Positions 48,801 to 62,105 of a stretch of DNA of 64,000 bases are shown here, in pieces. A model generated the notes under the pieces. It made no database searches. It was given only the letters and a program-made list of their open reading frames with translations, and had not been told where the DNA came from. Within the stretch, counting starts at the first letter, position 1. Each line of letters begins with the position of its first letter. The position numbers and the translations under genes were made by a program. The DNA is from Saccostrea echinata (taxonomy: Eukaryota): assembly GCF_033153115.1 (NCBI RefSeq), contig NW_026889755.1:15128001-15192000 (forward strand), in the 5' to 3' direction.

Positions 48801-51800
48801 AAAACTTGTCTCAGAAAAACAGGATTTTTTACGCAGAAAAGCGAAAAAATTAAACTGTGTGTTACACTAATGAACACTTAACCTGTCCATATCACTCTAT
48901 TGCAAAGATGTCAAATAATCTTGAGTAAATCATATAATCACTCAATTCACCTTAAGGCAAAGATTATTATATATTTCTATAAAGAACAAAGAGATAACCT
49001 CAGTAGCTGTTTTACTTTTAGCCTTGGAGTTGAGAGAGTTAGTAGTAAAAGAGTTAGGGTTAGAGTTAGGGCTATAGAGTAGGCAGCTAGCAGACCCAGT
49101 CTTGGATGTAAATAATGTACAAATTACTCCTTTAATAAAGACTTAAAAGACATTTCTTCTTATGTCTTAATCCTTGACAGTTTCATGTCAAGGACAGTAA
49201 CCATGTCAAAATGTTGATGCCAGGTGTGCACATGTGTGCAGTATAGGGTGCACTACTTATTCCAGGTGGACCCATACCCTCCCTGGCAGTTACATTAGTA
49301 ACAAAAAAATCAGTGTTGGTTTAAAAATATGTACAGTCATGCAATAAAATATTTTACTGTTTCCAGCTGGTAGTATATGTATATAATCTTGTTAAGCACT
49401 TGGCCTAAGTGCATTACCAGGTAGTTAAAGCTGTGCCACAGCATTTTCTTATATCTGATGCTGGAATAATATTTCTTTTTACAGATAATTTTTTCCCGTT
49501 TAATTTGCTAACTTAGAGATATATTTACAAAAAATATATAGATATTAAAAGTCTTTTTATACACCAGTTAAGTTAAAAAAAATTAACCTGAAGAAATTAA
49601 TCAAATTCATGTTAATTTTTTAAAAAATTGATAATGCAGTCATGAACGCCATAGGTGAGTCCACATCAGCAATCGATCAAATGGCTTTGAAGCAACTTAC
49701 TTTTTTTTCTTTTTGCATTTATAAGTCAATGGCTTAACTGTTCAATCTCTGCTTTAATATATTAAAATTACTTGTAGTTAACTCTGTAGCCAGTAATGAC
49801 CTTTATTGAAAAATATATTAACTGCACATGATTTAATATATAATTGGACCACAGTTGATCAACACAAAATAAAAAAATAAGTAGTATATTTCAATTTTAT
49901 GACATGATCATGTTATAACAATGTATTCATGTATTCAAGGAAAGGTTAAAAGTCATCAATTTCATGTGCCCAGAAAAGTTTTTTCAAAAAAATTCCCTTT
50001 AAGTTAACCTGATTTTTTTTTTAAATTATGAATAGATTTTGAACTCTATTTAATACCTGTACCAAAGGCACTAAAATTGTCAATTGCTGGAATATGTCAG
50101 CTGGTTTTGTTTTGGCAATTTGATTCTGTTTTATTGTTTGGGGTTTGTTTGTTTGTTTGTTTTTAATTTTTGAAGTTTCCTTTAAGGTGTGCATTCTTAA
50201 ACCCAGACAAACCACTCTAACATACCTTAAGAAAAAAATTGTGTGAAAAAGTAAAAAAAAAAAAAAAAAAGTGGGGGTTGTTTGCACTGATCTGAGTATG
50301 TGCCTTATTATATGAATGATGACTTCCTATTGTAAACTGGAATTAATAATAGTACATGTAATTGATAATTAAAATATATTGAAAATACTGTCAACTCTAC
50401 TTAAAATAAAAATTGTAATGAACAGGTCCCTGTTCAATGCATGTATGCCATACAATTACTTCGATAATTTTCCATTTTTAATATGCAGATGATCTGCTGT
50501 CTTTAGCTATATGTTGGTTACTGAATGAACACATCTTAATTGTATAAGGCAACTTACAATATTATTTCTGCAAATGTTTTGAAAAGATAAATTGTTGGTA
50601 TTACTCATCTTTAATACATGTACAAGTGCATGCCATTGTATAATTTATTTTGCAGAAATAAGATTTACCCAGATGTGAAGTTCCTGAATTATAAAGACAG
50701 GAAAAGGATCTTGGTATGTATACAGTTACACCTCCATATCACAAACTCAAAAAACCTGACCAAAAAATTCTCTATATTTATATATGTCTATATATATTGT
50801 AAACCAACTTTTATTCGTGTGCAAGAAATATTTGCGAGTTTCGCGACCTACTTTAAATCACTAATATTAATCGCCCCGAACCATTAATTTTTCTTTGTAT
50901 TTGTAGAGAATGTTTCCTCAGTCGCAAAAATCAATCGTCGCAGATTGATTCAAACTGACGAATCACGAATAAAAGTTGACATGAATAATAGTTGGTTTAC
51001 AGAATATAAGATTTGAATTTCTGAAGTTGACACTCAAATTCCTATATAGGTTAGCCTAGTAGATTTACTTTCAGCTTGGCCCTGGTATTCTATTGAACTT
51101 CAAATATGTGGTATGCAAATTTCATAGCAATGAAATGATTCAGTTAACACTATATAATGGTACTCCAAATTTCAGTATAAAAATTGGAATGTTGAATAGA
51201 TTTCTTAAAAATTCTTTCTAAAATACTGTAAAATCACACAGTTTTTAATTTTCATGATTTGAGGAAAAAATTTTGGTTCAAAGGGATTTAAATTTTTGGT
51301 TAAAGAAATACTGCATTGTTAGAGATTAAAAATTTTACATTTCATGGAGGACATGAATTCATGGGTCTCTTCATACCAGGAAACAACAAAAATTAACCTT
51401 CACCCCCCACCCCCCCTCGATAATTAGTGATTTCACAGTAGACAGCGGTCATAGATTTCAATGCAGTTTTTTTCTTCAGTATTATTTTATCGTGATCTTT
51501 ATTTTGTCAAAAAATGAAATGCTACTGCAGGTAATCTTTAATTTCTTTTCTAAATTAGTTTATAACAAACTATTGTGATTGATACCAGTGTTCTATATTT
51601 AGATCTCAGGAGGTGCTGGTTTTGTGGGATCTCACCTTGTGGACAGGTTAATGTTAGAAGGTCATGAGGTCACCGTGGTCGACAACTTCTTCACTGGAAG
51701 GAAACGAAATGTGGAACACTGGATCGGGCATGAAAACTTCGAGTTAATCAACCATGACATTGTACAAACACTCTTTATAGAAGGTGAGTAAATGTAATCA

Positions 51801-54800
51801 GAGTTAATCAACCATGACATTGTACAAACACTCTTTATAGAAGATAAGTAAATGTAATCAGAGTTAATCAACCATGACATTGTACAAACACTCTTTATAG
51901 AAGGTGAGTAAATGTAATCAGAGTTAATCAACCATGACATTGGACAAACACTCTTTATAGAAGATAAGTAAATGTAATCATTGATGACATTTTACAACAG
52001 TTGTTTACAGAAGATAGACAAAGGACTATATATAATAAGAGTCATTTTTGGCCCCCATGAATCAAAATTTTTAAATGTGAATCAGGTGATTTAAATTGTT
52101 TTTTATTAAGTAGAAGAGTTTATATCAAACATATTTTCAATACATTTGTCTCATTTATATACCCTTGCTGGCTGTAAATGACATCAGATATGATTCTATT
52201 TTTTTTCAATCCAATCAAAATAAGACAAAAATGTGCCTTTTCTTGACATTTTTCCTATGGGAAACAATGAAAACAGTTTTGAACAAGCAAAATTTTTCTG
52301 TAAGTAAGTAGTTTTGGATAGATACATCTTTGGTGAAAATATAGGATTTGTCCAAGTGTGTGCTTAGTATTTTCTGGAAGACAAAAAATGAGCAATTTTA
52401 TACAAAATATGCTAGAGGCAAGAAATGGTGAATTTCATGACGTTATATTTCAAAATTAATGGCATTTTGATCAAATTGAAAATCACGAATAATCGTCACA
52501 TGTATATCTGAACAAAGTAAACCTATATATTAAGTATGATTAAAATATTAATTTTAAGGGGCCGTTTGGGACACTTATCATTTATAGTTCTTTACATGTA
52601 ATAAACTGACATGTAACAATTGTTTACAGAAGGTAAGCAAATTTACATGTTATAACTTCTGACATGTAACTACAGGTAGTTATAGAAGGTGATGAAATAC
52701 AATTTGATATTCTATACCAGGTACATGTACTTATATAAGGTAAGTACATTTAATAAACCATGTCATCTTTATAAATTATTTATTCCCTAAATTGGGTTAA
52801 CATAACATTGGTTCTATCAGATATATCTTCTTTACCTGCCTTCAGGATTTTAAAGGTGTTCACCTCACTATAAATTAATTATTTTTTGATGAATAAAAAA
52901 AGGTGTGTGCAAGGTTTGAGTAACTGAGAATCAAGTTTTTATGTGATGGATCAAAAGGTGGTGGACCAAAGAGGCCACTACTAAGAGAACAATTTTTTTC
53001 TTGTCTATGGAATGGGGTTTTATTCCATTTTTCCAATGGAAGATCATTTTGATTTAAAATTTCTGTATTCCTTTATTTTTCATTCATTTTGCATCATACA
53101 AATAATATCAAATGTTATCTTTGCCAAGAGCTCATTATACAGTAATGTTTTGTCACAGATATTATCCCTATCCCCTTGAGGGTCCCCTTAGTGATTTTTC
53201 TTTATATGTTTAGATTTAGATGCATTTTTTCTGTGCAGTTTTCTTTCACAGTAATCCTTGAACATTAAAAAAACTGAAAAAATCATTGCATTACCAAGTA
53301 CCCTTTAAGCTGATCTTTCAAAAATCTTTAAAGTTATGGTGCAATGAAGGAATGATTATAAGACTTACGGTAGTATATTTCTCAGTATTTAAGAATTATT
53401 TTGTCCATGCTTTTTCCTTCATAACCTGGAGATAGAAACCTGAAACATTCAGAGGTAATAATATATTCTTAACATTTGCATCTTGAATTTCATTTTTATC
53501 AGCAGTACTTATGGTGTCTCACTGGAAGTGGTACAAAAAATTGCTGATCTTTTTTTCACCTGCAAAACCTTTTTCTTAAAACACCTCCTGTTGCTTAATA
53601 TGAGGTCCTACTTTTATGGCCTTTAAATTTTCACTGGACATGCAATCTGTTTGAAAGTAGAATTAGCCCATGAAATGAAATTCAATCATTTTTGCAGGAA
53701 AAATTTCTTATCTTCACTCATATTTTATTAATTTTTGAAATTCATTGCATACCAGCCAATTTTATGAAAGGCTGACATCTTGTGTGAGCCACAAGCAATG
53801 CATTTAGTTATCCTTGTATTTAATATTTCTTTCAGTGGACCAGATTTATCATCTTGCTTCCCCAGCCTCTCCTCCTAACTACATGTACAACCCAGTAAAG
53901 ACTATCAAAACAAATACCATAGGAACCAACAACATGTTGGGTAGGTACTCAATAGCTAACTGTACAACCCAGTTAAGACTATCAAAACAAGCACCATAGG
54001 AACCAACAACATGCTGGGTAGGTACTCAACATAAACAACTAACTGTACAACCCAGTAAAGACTATCAAAACAAATACATGTACCATAGGAACCAACAACA
54101 TGCTGGGTAGGTACTCAATATAAACAACTAACTGTACAACCCAGTAAAGATTATCAAAACAAACACCAAAGAAACCAACAACATGCTGGGTAGGTACTCA
54201 ATATAAACAACTAACTGTACAACCCAGTAAAGACTATCAAAACAAACACCAAAGGAACCAACAACATGCTGGGTAGGTACTCAATATAAACAACTAACTG
54301 TACAACCCAGTAAAGATTATCAAAACAAACACCAAAGGAACCAACAACATGCTGGGTAGGTACTCAATATAAACAACTAACTGTACAACCCAGTAAAGAT
54401 TATCAAAACAAACACCAAAGGAACCAACAACATGCTGGGTAGGTACTCAATATAAACAACTAACTGTACAACCCAGTAAAGATTATCAAAACAAACACCA
54501 AAGGAACCAACAAGATGTTGGGTAGGTACTCAATATAAACAACTAACTGTACAACCCAGTAAAGACTATCAAAACAAACACCAAAGGAACCAACAAGATG
54601 TTGGGTAGGTACTCAAAAGCTAACTGTACAACCCTGTAAAGATAGGTACTCAAAAGCTAACTGTACAACCCTGTAAAGATAGGTACTCAAAAGCTAACTG
54701 TACAACCCTGTAAAGATAGGTACTCAAAAGCTAACTGTACAACCCTGTAAAGACTATCAAAACAAACACCAAAGGAACCAACAACATGCTGGGTAGGTAC

Positions 54801-57800
54801 TCAATATAAACAACTAACTGTACAACCCAGTAAAGACTATCAAAACAAACACCAAAGGAACCAACAACATGCTGGGTAGGTACGCAATATAAACAACTAA
54901 CTGTACAACCCAGTAAAGACTATCAAATCAAACACCATAGGAACCAACAACATCCTGGGTAGGTACTCAATATAAACAACTAACTGTACAACCCAGTAAA
55001 GACTATCAAAACAAACACCAAAGGAACCAACAACATGCTGGGTAGGTACTCAATATAAACAACTAACTGTACAACCCAGTAAAGATTATCAAAACAAACA
55101 CCTTAGGAACCAACAACATGCTGGGTAGGTACTCAATGTAAATAACTACATGTATAAAAAATTAAGATCATGAATTTCATAAGCAATCAAAACTGTAGAA
55201 AGAAATACATTTAGTAATATGGACTCTGACAGCAAATTGTATTAACTTTGCTTTATATTAACTAAAAGCTTAGAATATCTTAAGTTACATTAAGTGGAGT
55301 GTTGCAAAAACAGACTAGAAATCAGGGTCATTAAAGTGGAAATTGGTTACAAAACAGCCCCAAGCAAGGTGTAATGCCTGTTTCTTTATTGAATATAAAC
55401 ATAAATTTACCTATACATGTATTAAAAGAATATGTTTGTATATTAGATATGTATTATGATGTATTGTAGGCTTAACTAAGAGGGTGAGAGGAAGGCTCCT
55501 ATTGGCCTCAACATCTGAAGTATACGGTGGTATGTACATCATTGGACACAATTTGGATGCATTATTTATATACAGCATACACCAGAGGCCTGTTCAACAG
55601 AGCAACCATTTTGGAGTGGTCTCCAAAATTCCTTATCCCTCCAACAGAAATGTTCATGAGCACTTGCGAAAGTTCCCTCCGTTGAACAGGCCTCTGAATT
55701 TGGTATATGTAGCAGATGAATTGCTTACATGTACAGTAAAACTTGTCTAATCCTGACACTACTGGTTCCATAGAAACTGACCACAGACTGCCAACCCCTT
55801 TTGGTAGAAAAGCATAATAAGCCAGTGTCCTGGGTCTGCAAGTGCCTCAAACTGCTGAGAAGACCTCAGTCAATGAAGATGAAAGATACCCACTTTAAAG
55901 TTGATTTACTTAGAAAAGTTTCCAGACCCCATAACTTTATATTTACCAACTAGATGCACATTAGTCTCAAATATTCATCAGTGGTGTTAATCAAATGATG
56001 AAAACCATTCTATATAAAGAGGAATACTGGTACCTCAAACTAAACTTCTGACAAAAAAAGTAAAACAAATCCTGATTTCACACAAAGTTTTTACTTTAGT
56101 ATTGAAAAAGTAATCATATGGTGCACTTTTAAGGTGACAAATCATAAAACTACGATAAAATTGTAATAGTTGGCAACTCAGTGACTGGATTAGATAACAT
56201 TCCAGATTAGGCAACATTTTAAACTACTGAATTTACTGAAAGGAGGTTAAAGTTCACATTGTAATATGCAAGATTTCGGAATACACAACATCCAGATTAG
56301 ACAAGTTTTACTGTACCAGTTACTGCACATCCCATTTCTACACAGTACCCCTTTTCCATTTTTCTGTCATCTTCCAAGATTTTAAACATACATGTAGATG
56401 CAAAGTGGATTTTGTACTTGTACAAGGTAGTTTATTGCTTTGTGAATTCAATATTTTACATATAAATTACATCATTTCACTTGATATTTGAATATAAGTA
56501 GAGTTTTATAATGTTCACTTTTACCATCTAGTGAGCTGATGCAGTCATCCATCACAAAAATAAACAATTTGTACAGTAACAAATATTGATGATATGGCAA
56601 TTCTATGCTCAAGTTACTGGAGAAAGTACACCCTGTCAATTTGAACCTTTCTGCAAAACTGATGCCAGAGAGCTTTATTTAAATACTTCTTTAGCTCTCA
56701 AAGTGTTTGTTGAAATACATAAACTGTAAAACTCAGTCATAAGGACTGGTACTTCAAATTTCACTTCCTTTTAACCAATATTCTTTATATCTGTATAGGA
56801 GATATATAGCAAAAGGTCACCAAGGGAATTCATGAAATATTCCATATAACCGAGATTTCCTTATAACGGATTTCCTTATAATTGAGTTTTACTGTAGACC
56901 CTGAAGTTCACCCACAACCTGAGGAATACTGGGGACATGTGAACCCGATCGGTCCCAGAGCCTGTTATGACGAGGGAAAGAGAGTGGCTGAAACCATGTG
57001 TTATGCCTATGCTAAACAGGTATACTGTTAAATGGAGTGTTATGCTTCTTCTAAAAAATTATAGGAAACTTTATCTTCATAAAAAATGTTATGTTGGGAA
57101 TGGAAAAGAGAAATATCCATGACTTGCATTTCTTTCCTATCCCTGCTTACACACTGCCTAGAATACTTTAATATTCTATCTTTAATTTTATTAAAAATAT
57201 TAAGATCACTTCAACTACATGTACACTAGAACAATGTACATGTATTATTGAGTTCAAAATTTAGAAAAGAATGTAGCAGTTTTAGATAGCACTTTATTTT
57301 TAGAAAAAGCAGGTCGACTTTCAGCTCAGTACTAAGTGTTTCCAACTCATTGTTTTAATGCCTCATTAACAAGTCGGTGAAAATAATAATTTTCTATTCT
57401 GTGTTTTAGGATGGAGTACAAGTAAGGGTGGCCAGAATTTTTAATACTTTTGGTCCCAGAATGCACATGAACGATGGCCGTGTGGTCAGTAACTTCATCC
57501 TGCAGGCTTTACAAGGACAGAATATTACAGTGAGTAATGGCTGAAAGGATGTGTTCCTCATTTGCAGCAAAACACGGCTATAGAGAATACACATACTCTA
57601 AATAAACTATTCTTCTTCACAACTTTGATTCACAATTTGCCAGTTTGAAATTCATCCATAATTAATAATTTTTGCAACCCAGGAAACATTTATCATGGTA
57701 TGGAATTAAATAAGGTTAATTGATCCTCTGATAAAAAAGATAACTCTTAAATGACTATTATTGTCAATTTAAAAGGTCATTTCTATCAAATTTTCCCCAT

Positions 57801-59427
57801 CAAGGTATGATGAAATTATGTGTATTTTAATCATGAATTTGATAGAAAATTAAATCATTAGCCTTAAAGCAGAATTTTATATGAGTGAACGACCTTAAAT
57901 GAATGGTTTCTGATAAATATTACATGAGTAAAAAATAAGAATGCAAATCTCACAAATATATTTTGCAAATGAAGTTAGTATAATAGGCAAGGATGGCCGA
58001 TATTGTATTGCCGTATCCTAATTACCGGGGGGTACATTCAGTTAATTATTCATTAACTTTCTAGTACCGAGTGAAAAAAATATTGACATGTAGTTTATTC
58101 TAGGCTGAATTTATAATACCTGTGTTTGCTTTAAAACATGTTTTGTTGTGCTATAATAGTGATAATTCTTTATATTTTAAAATTGTGATTTTTATTCATT
58201 TTAATTGAATGAAATTAATGTATGTGCATTGTACATGATTGTTCATTAGTTTGTTTCTTAGCCTGTTTCATATAATTATGCTAAAAAGGATTATTAAGAA
58301 ACTTGCTTTTAATTAGCTTCCTGTCACTGCAGCTTTGATTACAAGAACTGAAATTGACCACTCTTTTATGTATAGGTGTATGGATCTGGAAAACAGACTC
58401 GATCATTCCAGTATGTTTCTGACCTGGTCGATGGTCTTATTAAGCTGATGAATTCTAATTACTCTCAACCAATCAACTTAGGAAACCCTGAGGAACACAC
58501 CATCATGGATTTTGCTACAATTATCAAAGATTTAGTTGGTACGTAAAAACCATTCTTCAGTTAAAGTAAAAGAATAGTTGGTACATGTAAGGAGAATCAC
58601 TTCCAATGTCCCAAATATATATATTTTCCTAAAATGGTTTGAAAAATATATTACATGAAGGTTGTCCTATAAAATTCCACATATATGGGATATTTTTCTT
58701 AATTTTACAAATTAAGGAAAACTCAAAGACAGTGAATGTTATGTTCAATAATACCTTCAAATTCCTGTAAAATTTCAAACTTTTTGTTTGTTTGGGAGTT
58801 TTTTTTGGGTTTGTTTGACATAACCAACTTATTTTCTAACTATTAGTGATAGTAATAAACAAAATTATTAAAGCTAAACCAAAAAAAATTATCAAAAAAG
58901 AACATAGTTTTCTGTCTTTCCTTTGAAGGTGGATCCAGCCAGATTGTAAATAAACCTGCTATGCAAGATGACCCAAGGAAAAGAAAACCTGACATAACCA
59001 AGGCAAAGAAGTATTTGAAATGGTCACCCCAGGTAATGAGAAACCAGAAATTACTTCAGTTATTGAATGCAGTACATGGCTTAAATTCATTATAAAGAAA
59101 ATAGTTGATTCAGTTGCAGGGGCACTGTGGCACAAATGATTGCTCAACCTCAATGTTATTTTGTTTCTTACACACGCATTTAGTTCTTTATTATTTCCAT
59201 TGATCTAATAGACTTTATAGTGCTTGATAATGAAACTAGCGCTTTATATATTATCTTTAATACAGATACAAGTGCATGGATACTCAATTTTGTTTTTTAC
59301 TTGAAACCTTTTTATTTTTGTTTTACAGGTGCCAATGATTGAAGGAATAAAGAAAACAATAGAATATTTTAGAAATGAATTAAAGAGAACACACCACAGT
59401 GAAAGAAATTTACATTTTCCGAATTAA
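45850..59427 (+). CDS. UXS1: UDP-glucuronic acid decarboxylase 1 (UDP-xylose synthase), 12 coding exons, 420 aa
   Basis: Exons 45850-45973, 46843-46879, 47035-47124, 50656-50713, 51603-51783, 53836-53940, 55470-55529, 56898-57019, 57410-57529, 58376-58538, 58929-59032, 59329-59427, total 1263 nt. Motifs [46 protein letters not shown]-terminal signal anchor. The first three exons are less certain. Confidence 0.94.
51741..52775 (+). repeat. Tandem array of UXS1 exon 5 end plus donor (60-bp unit; 4 clean copies, then degenerate copies split by a MITE)
   Basis: GAGTTAATCAACCATGACATTGTACAAACACTCTTTATAGAAG|(g/a)t(g/a)agtaaatgtaatca four times (51741-51980). Decayed TGACAT...AGAAGGT copies at about 51985 and 52605-52770. 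Confidence 0.92.
52020..52593. mobile_element. Degenerate TIR element inserted in the UXS1 junction array
   Basis: AAAGGACTATATATAATAAGAGTC..GGCCC versus GGGCC..GACACTTATCATTTATAGTTCTTT. Confidence 0.6.
53876..55140 (+). repeat. Tandem array of UXS1 exon 6 end plus donor (83-bp unit, about 13 extra copies and three 37-bp short units)
   Basis: TGTACAACCCAGTAAAGACTATCAAAACAAACACCAAAGGAACCAACAACATGCTGG|gtaggtactcaatataaacaactaac repeated. Confidence 0.97.
55583..55696. mobile_element. 114-bp MITE
   Basis: TIR CAGAGGCCTGTTCAAC / GTTGAACAGGCCTCTG. Confidence 0.75.
56724..56896. mobile_element. Tc1/mariner-type MITE abutting the UXS1 exon 8 acceptor
   Basis: CTGTAAAACTCAGTCATAAGGA...TCCTTATAATTGAGTTTTACTG|TA. 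Related copies near 25290, 29236 and 34127. Confidence 0.75.
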
Positions 59428-60759
59428 AATACATGTATAGTACTGTATCAATAAAGGCAGAAATATTTTAGAGAGCACATCTAAGAAAGAAGAACCGGTT
59501 ATTTAAGTTTCTGTATATCATATGCCAAGATATTAAATTCTTTTCAGCTCTGCTCAACTAAAAATTATATGAAATTGTGTTAATATATTTAATTGTGATG
59601 CATCTTTGTTATACATTCCATCTTTTATGTATTTTATCATGTTCAATTGATTAAGAACATTTTTTTTTTCATATTGTATATGTATTTTTATCAGTTTACT
59701 ACTCTGCTAATTAATAATGGACTGGATGTGCATGTATCTAATGTCTCAAAGTTCAGCCCTGTGGAGTTTTATTAACCTTTTTCTTTAAATTCAAAAAAGT
59801 TCTTACGATACATGTACTTGGATTAAAATCTACAAAATATTGAATATTTGTATACATAATGTGGTATATTTTCCATTTATTAAAGTTTACAGGTTATATA
59901 ATTTGCTGTTGCTTTTTTGACACTGTCTTTGCGTATACATGTACATATCTTTTTAGCTTATTGGCACTCGCAAATATTTTATTTTAGAGGATGTGTAATA
60001 ATAAGAAATGCATAAATATTGTCCATTCTGTTTTGTAGCTTTTTGAATCCATACAATAGTATTCATTATTTCAAATCCTTAAGTGCTGTATATTTATTTT
60101 GTTGTAAATAATATTTTTTATCATACTTTTTGTCTAAAACAAATGGATATGAAATCCTGTAATTCATGTACATCAGTGGAACTTATTGAATATAACTTTT
60201 TTTGATTTGTTTGTTCAAATGTATCATTCTCAGCTGTAAGTATGACTCAAGTTAAATTTTAAAATTGGAATATCCAGATGTATGGAAAATGAATTGTGCC
60301 ATAATACGATTAACCAGGCAGCAATGATTATTAATTGCGCTTTGTTTTTTTTTTTCCTTGTTGTCTTGGAAAAGAATACTCAATCATGATACACATTATC
60401 AATTTTTTTTTCTTGTGCCATAATTTATTGAGTTTAGAGGACTATGACATATAAACACCCTCTCCACTCCTCTCCATAATGTGCAGTCAATTTCTAAGAA
60501 AAAAGTCATATTGAAAATAAATTGGAGAGTTATTTATGCCTGGCTGAAACTGCTTAAAAGTTTTGCTCTGATGCCACAGATGTGGTGGATTTCTCCTTAT
60601 ATCTGAAATCGTCAATAAAAAATGTCAAATTTCTCCCACTTAAGGTTTAATATTATTATTCTCCATGTTGTTTCAAAAGAAGGAGTCTGGGAAGACCCAG
60701 GCTAAGTGTTTTTAGTAAAGAAAAGTGGACATAAATATCTGGACTGTACTCTAAGGATC

Positions 60760-60825
60760 CATCGTCGGACACCCATGGGTGATCTTGCCTTAAAAGACCA
60801 GATCACTCATGGAAACCTGATGATG
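60760..60825. mobile_element. 66-bp hairpin MITE with perfect 9-bp TSD
   Basis: CATCGTCGG..CCATGGGTGATCT / AGATCACTCATGG..CTGATGATG. TSD CTAAGGATC at 60751-60759 and 60826-60834. Confidence 0.85.
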
Positions 60826-62105
60826 CTAAGGATCATCAAAATTTGCAATTAAGGTTAATTTTCCCAGAGTTACTGTAATTTTAGCACATACTAATTCGAG
60901 GTTATTTTTGTGATGTAGAGATAGTAATTACCATTGTTCCAATAAGGTCTTTGTTCTGTTTTTCTTTGAAGTTATAATTTTCAAGAAATGCTCTCATTTT
61001 CATTCATGTAGTTGTACCCGTGAAACATATTAAATCTGATCTTTACATTTTATTGAAGAGTTTGTGAGCTTACTCAGTGTAGTTTCCTTGTATATTGTTT
61101 TATTGGGAAAAAGTCATTGTCTATTTACAAAGATGTTGGGCACTGTTTCTATTTTAACAACCACAGGACCATAAAGTTCAAATAGATACGAGTATAAAAA
61201 CCAAAAATTTCTTCTTTCTTTGGTTACAAGGAATGTAGCGATAGCAGTCAATGGAAGAAAAAAATTGTGCATGTTTCTGCAGTGTTGGAATTGTTCATCC
61301 ATTTGAAAAAAATTCAAAGGAAATATTTTAATGCTTAAATGTTTTCAAATATTTATATGTAACAGTGAGGATTACAATCCAAAAAGGACAAGTAGGATAT
61401 GTAAAGAAAAAATATAAAATTATAAAAACTGTGGCCTAACAATTGGGGCACCAAAATTAGAGATTTATCAGCTTGTAGGGAATAGAGGAGAAAGGGAGAT
61501 TGAGGTAAACAGTATTTATCTCCATTCACCTATAAATTATTACTAATCATATTTATTTAAAATTGCAACTGACTTTTTGAGGAAAAATTGAATAGTTTAA
61601 GCATAAGGCAGTACCCCACTGACACGACAAGTAACGTCCGATAAAAGCAAAAGGTCACTGAATCAACAAATTTAATGTGCAGTGCCTTAAAATGATTTGC
61701 ATGAAAACAATAGAAAAAAGAAGCTCCTGAAAAATCACAGAGTTGATGTTCAAGACAGGAAAAAAGGAACAGAAAACTTCAGCTTTTCGAACTCATGCAG
61801 GTCTTTCAGAGCAACAACGAAGTTAACAGGGTTAGAGGGAAGTGATGTATTTACCAATGCCTATTAAAACAAAAAAAATTGTGATCAATAGCCTTGAAAA
61901 TTTTAAGGAAAAGGTGGGGGGGGGGGGGGAGGGGGCAAAGAATCGATGTGTTGGATTTAATTAAAGAAAGGACGCAAAGGAAAGAATACAGAATCTAGAA
62001 ATATCTATAAGCTTTACAGATAAAGCATAAATCTTTCCTAAACCAGCAGGTATATTAGAATCAATGCTTTCTACCACGAACAATATAAATGTAGAACTGT
62101 GCAAG

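Noticed and set aside
53876-55140. CRISPR-like regular repeat array
   Set aside because: There are no unique spacers. The units are head-to-tail copies of a eukaryotic exon end, and no cas genes are present.
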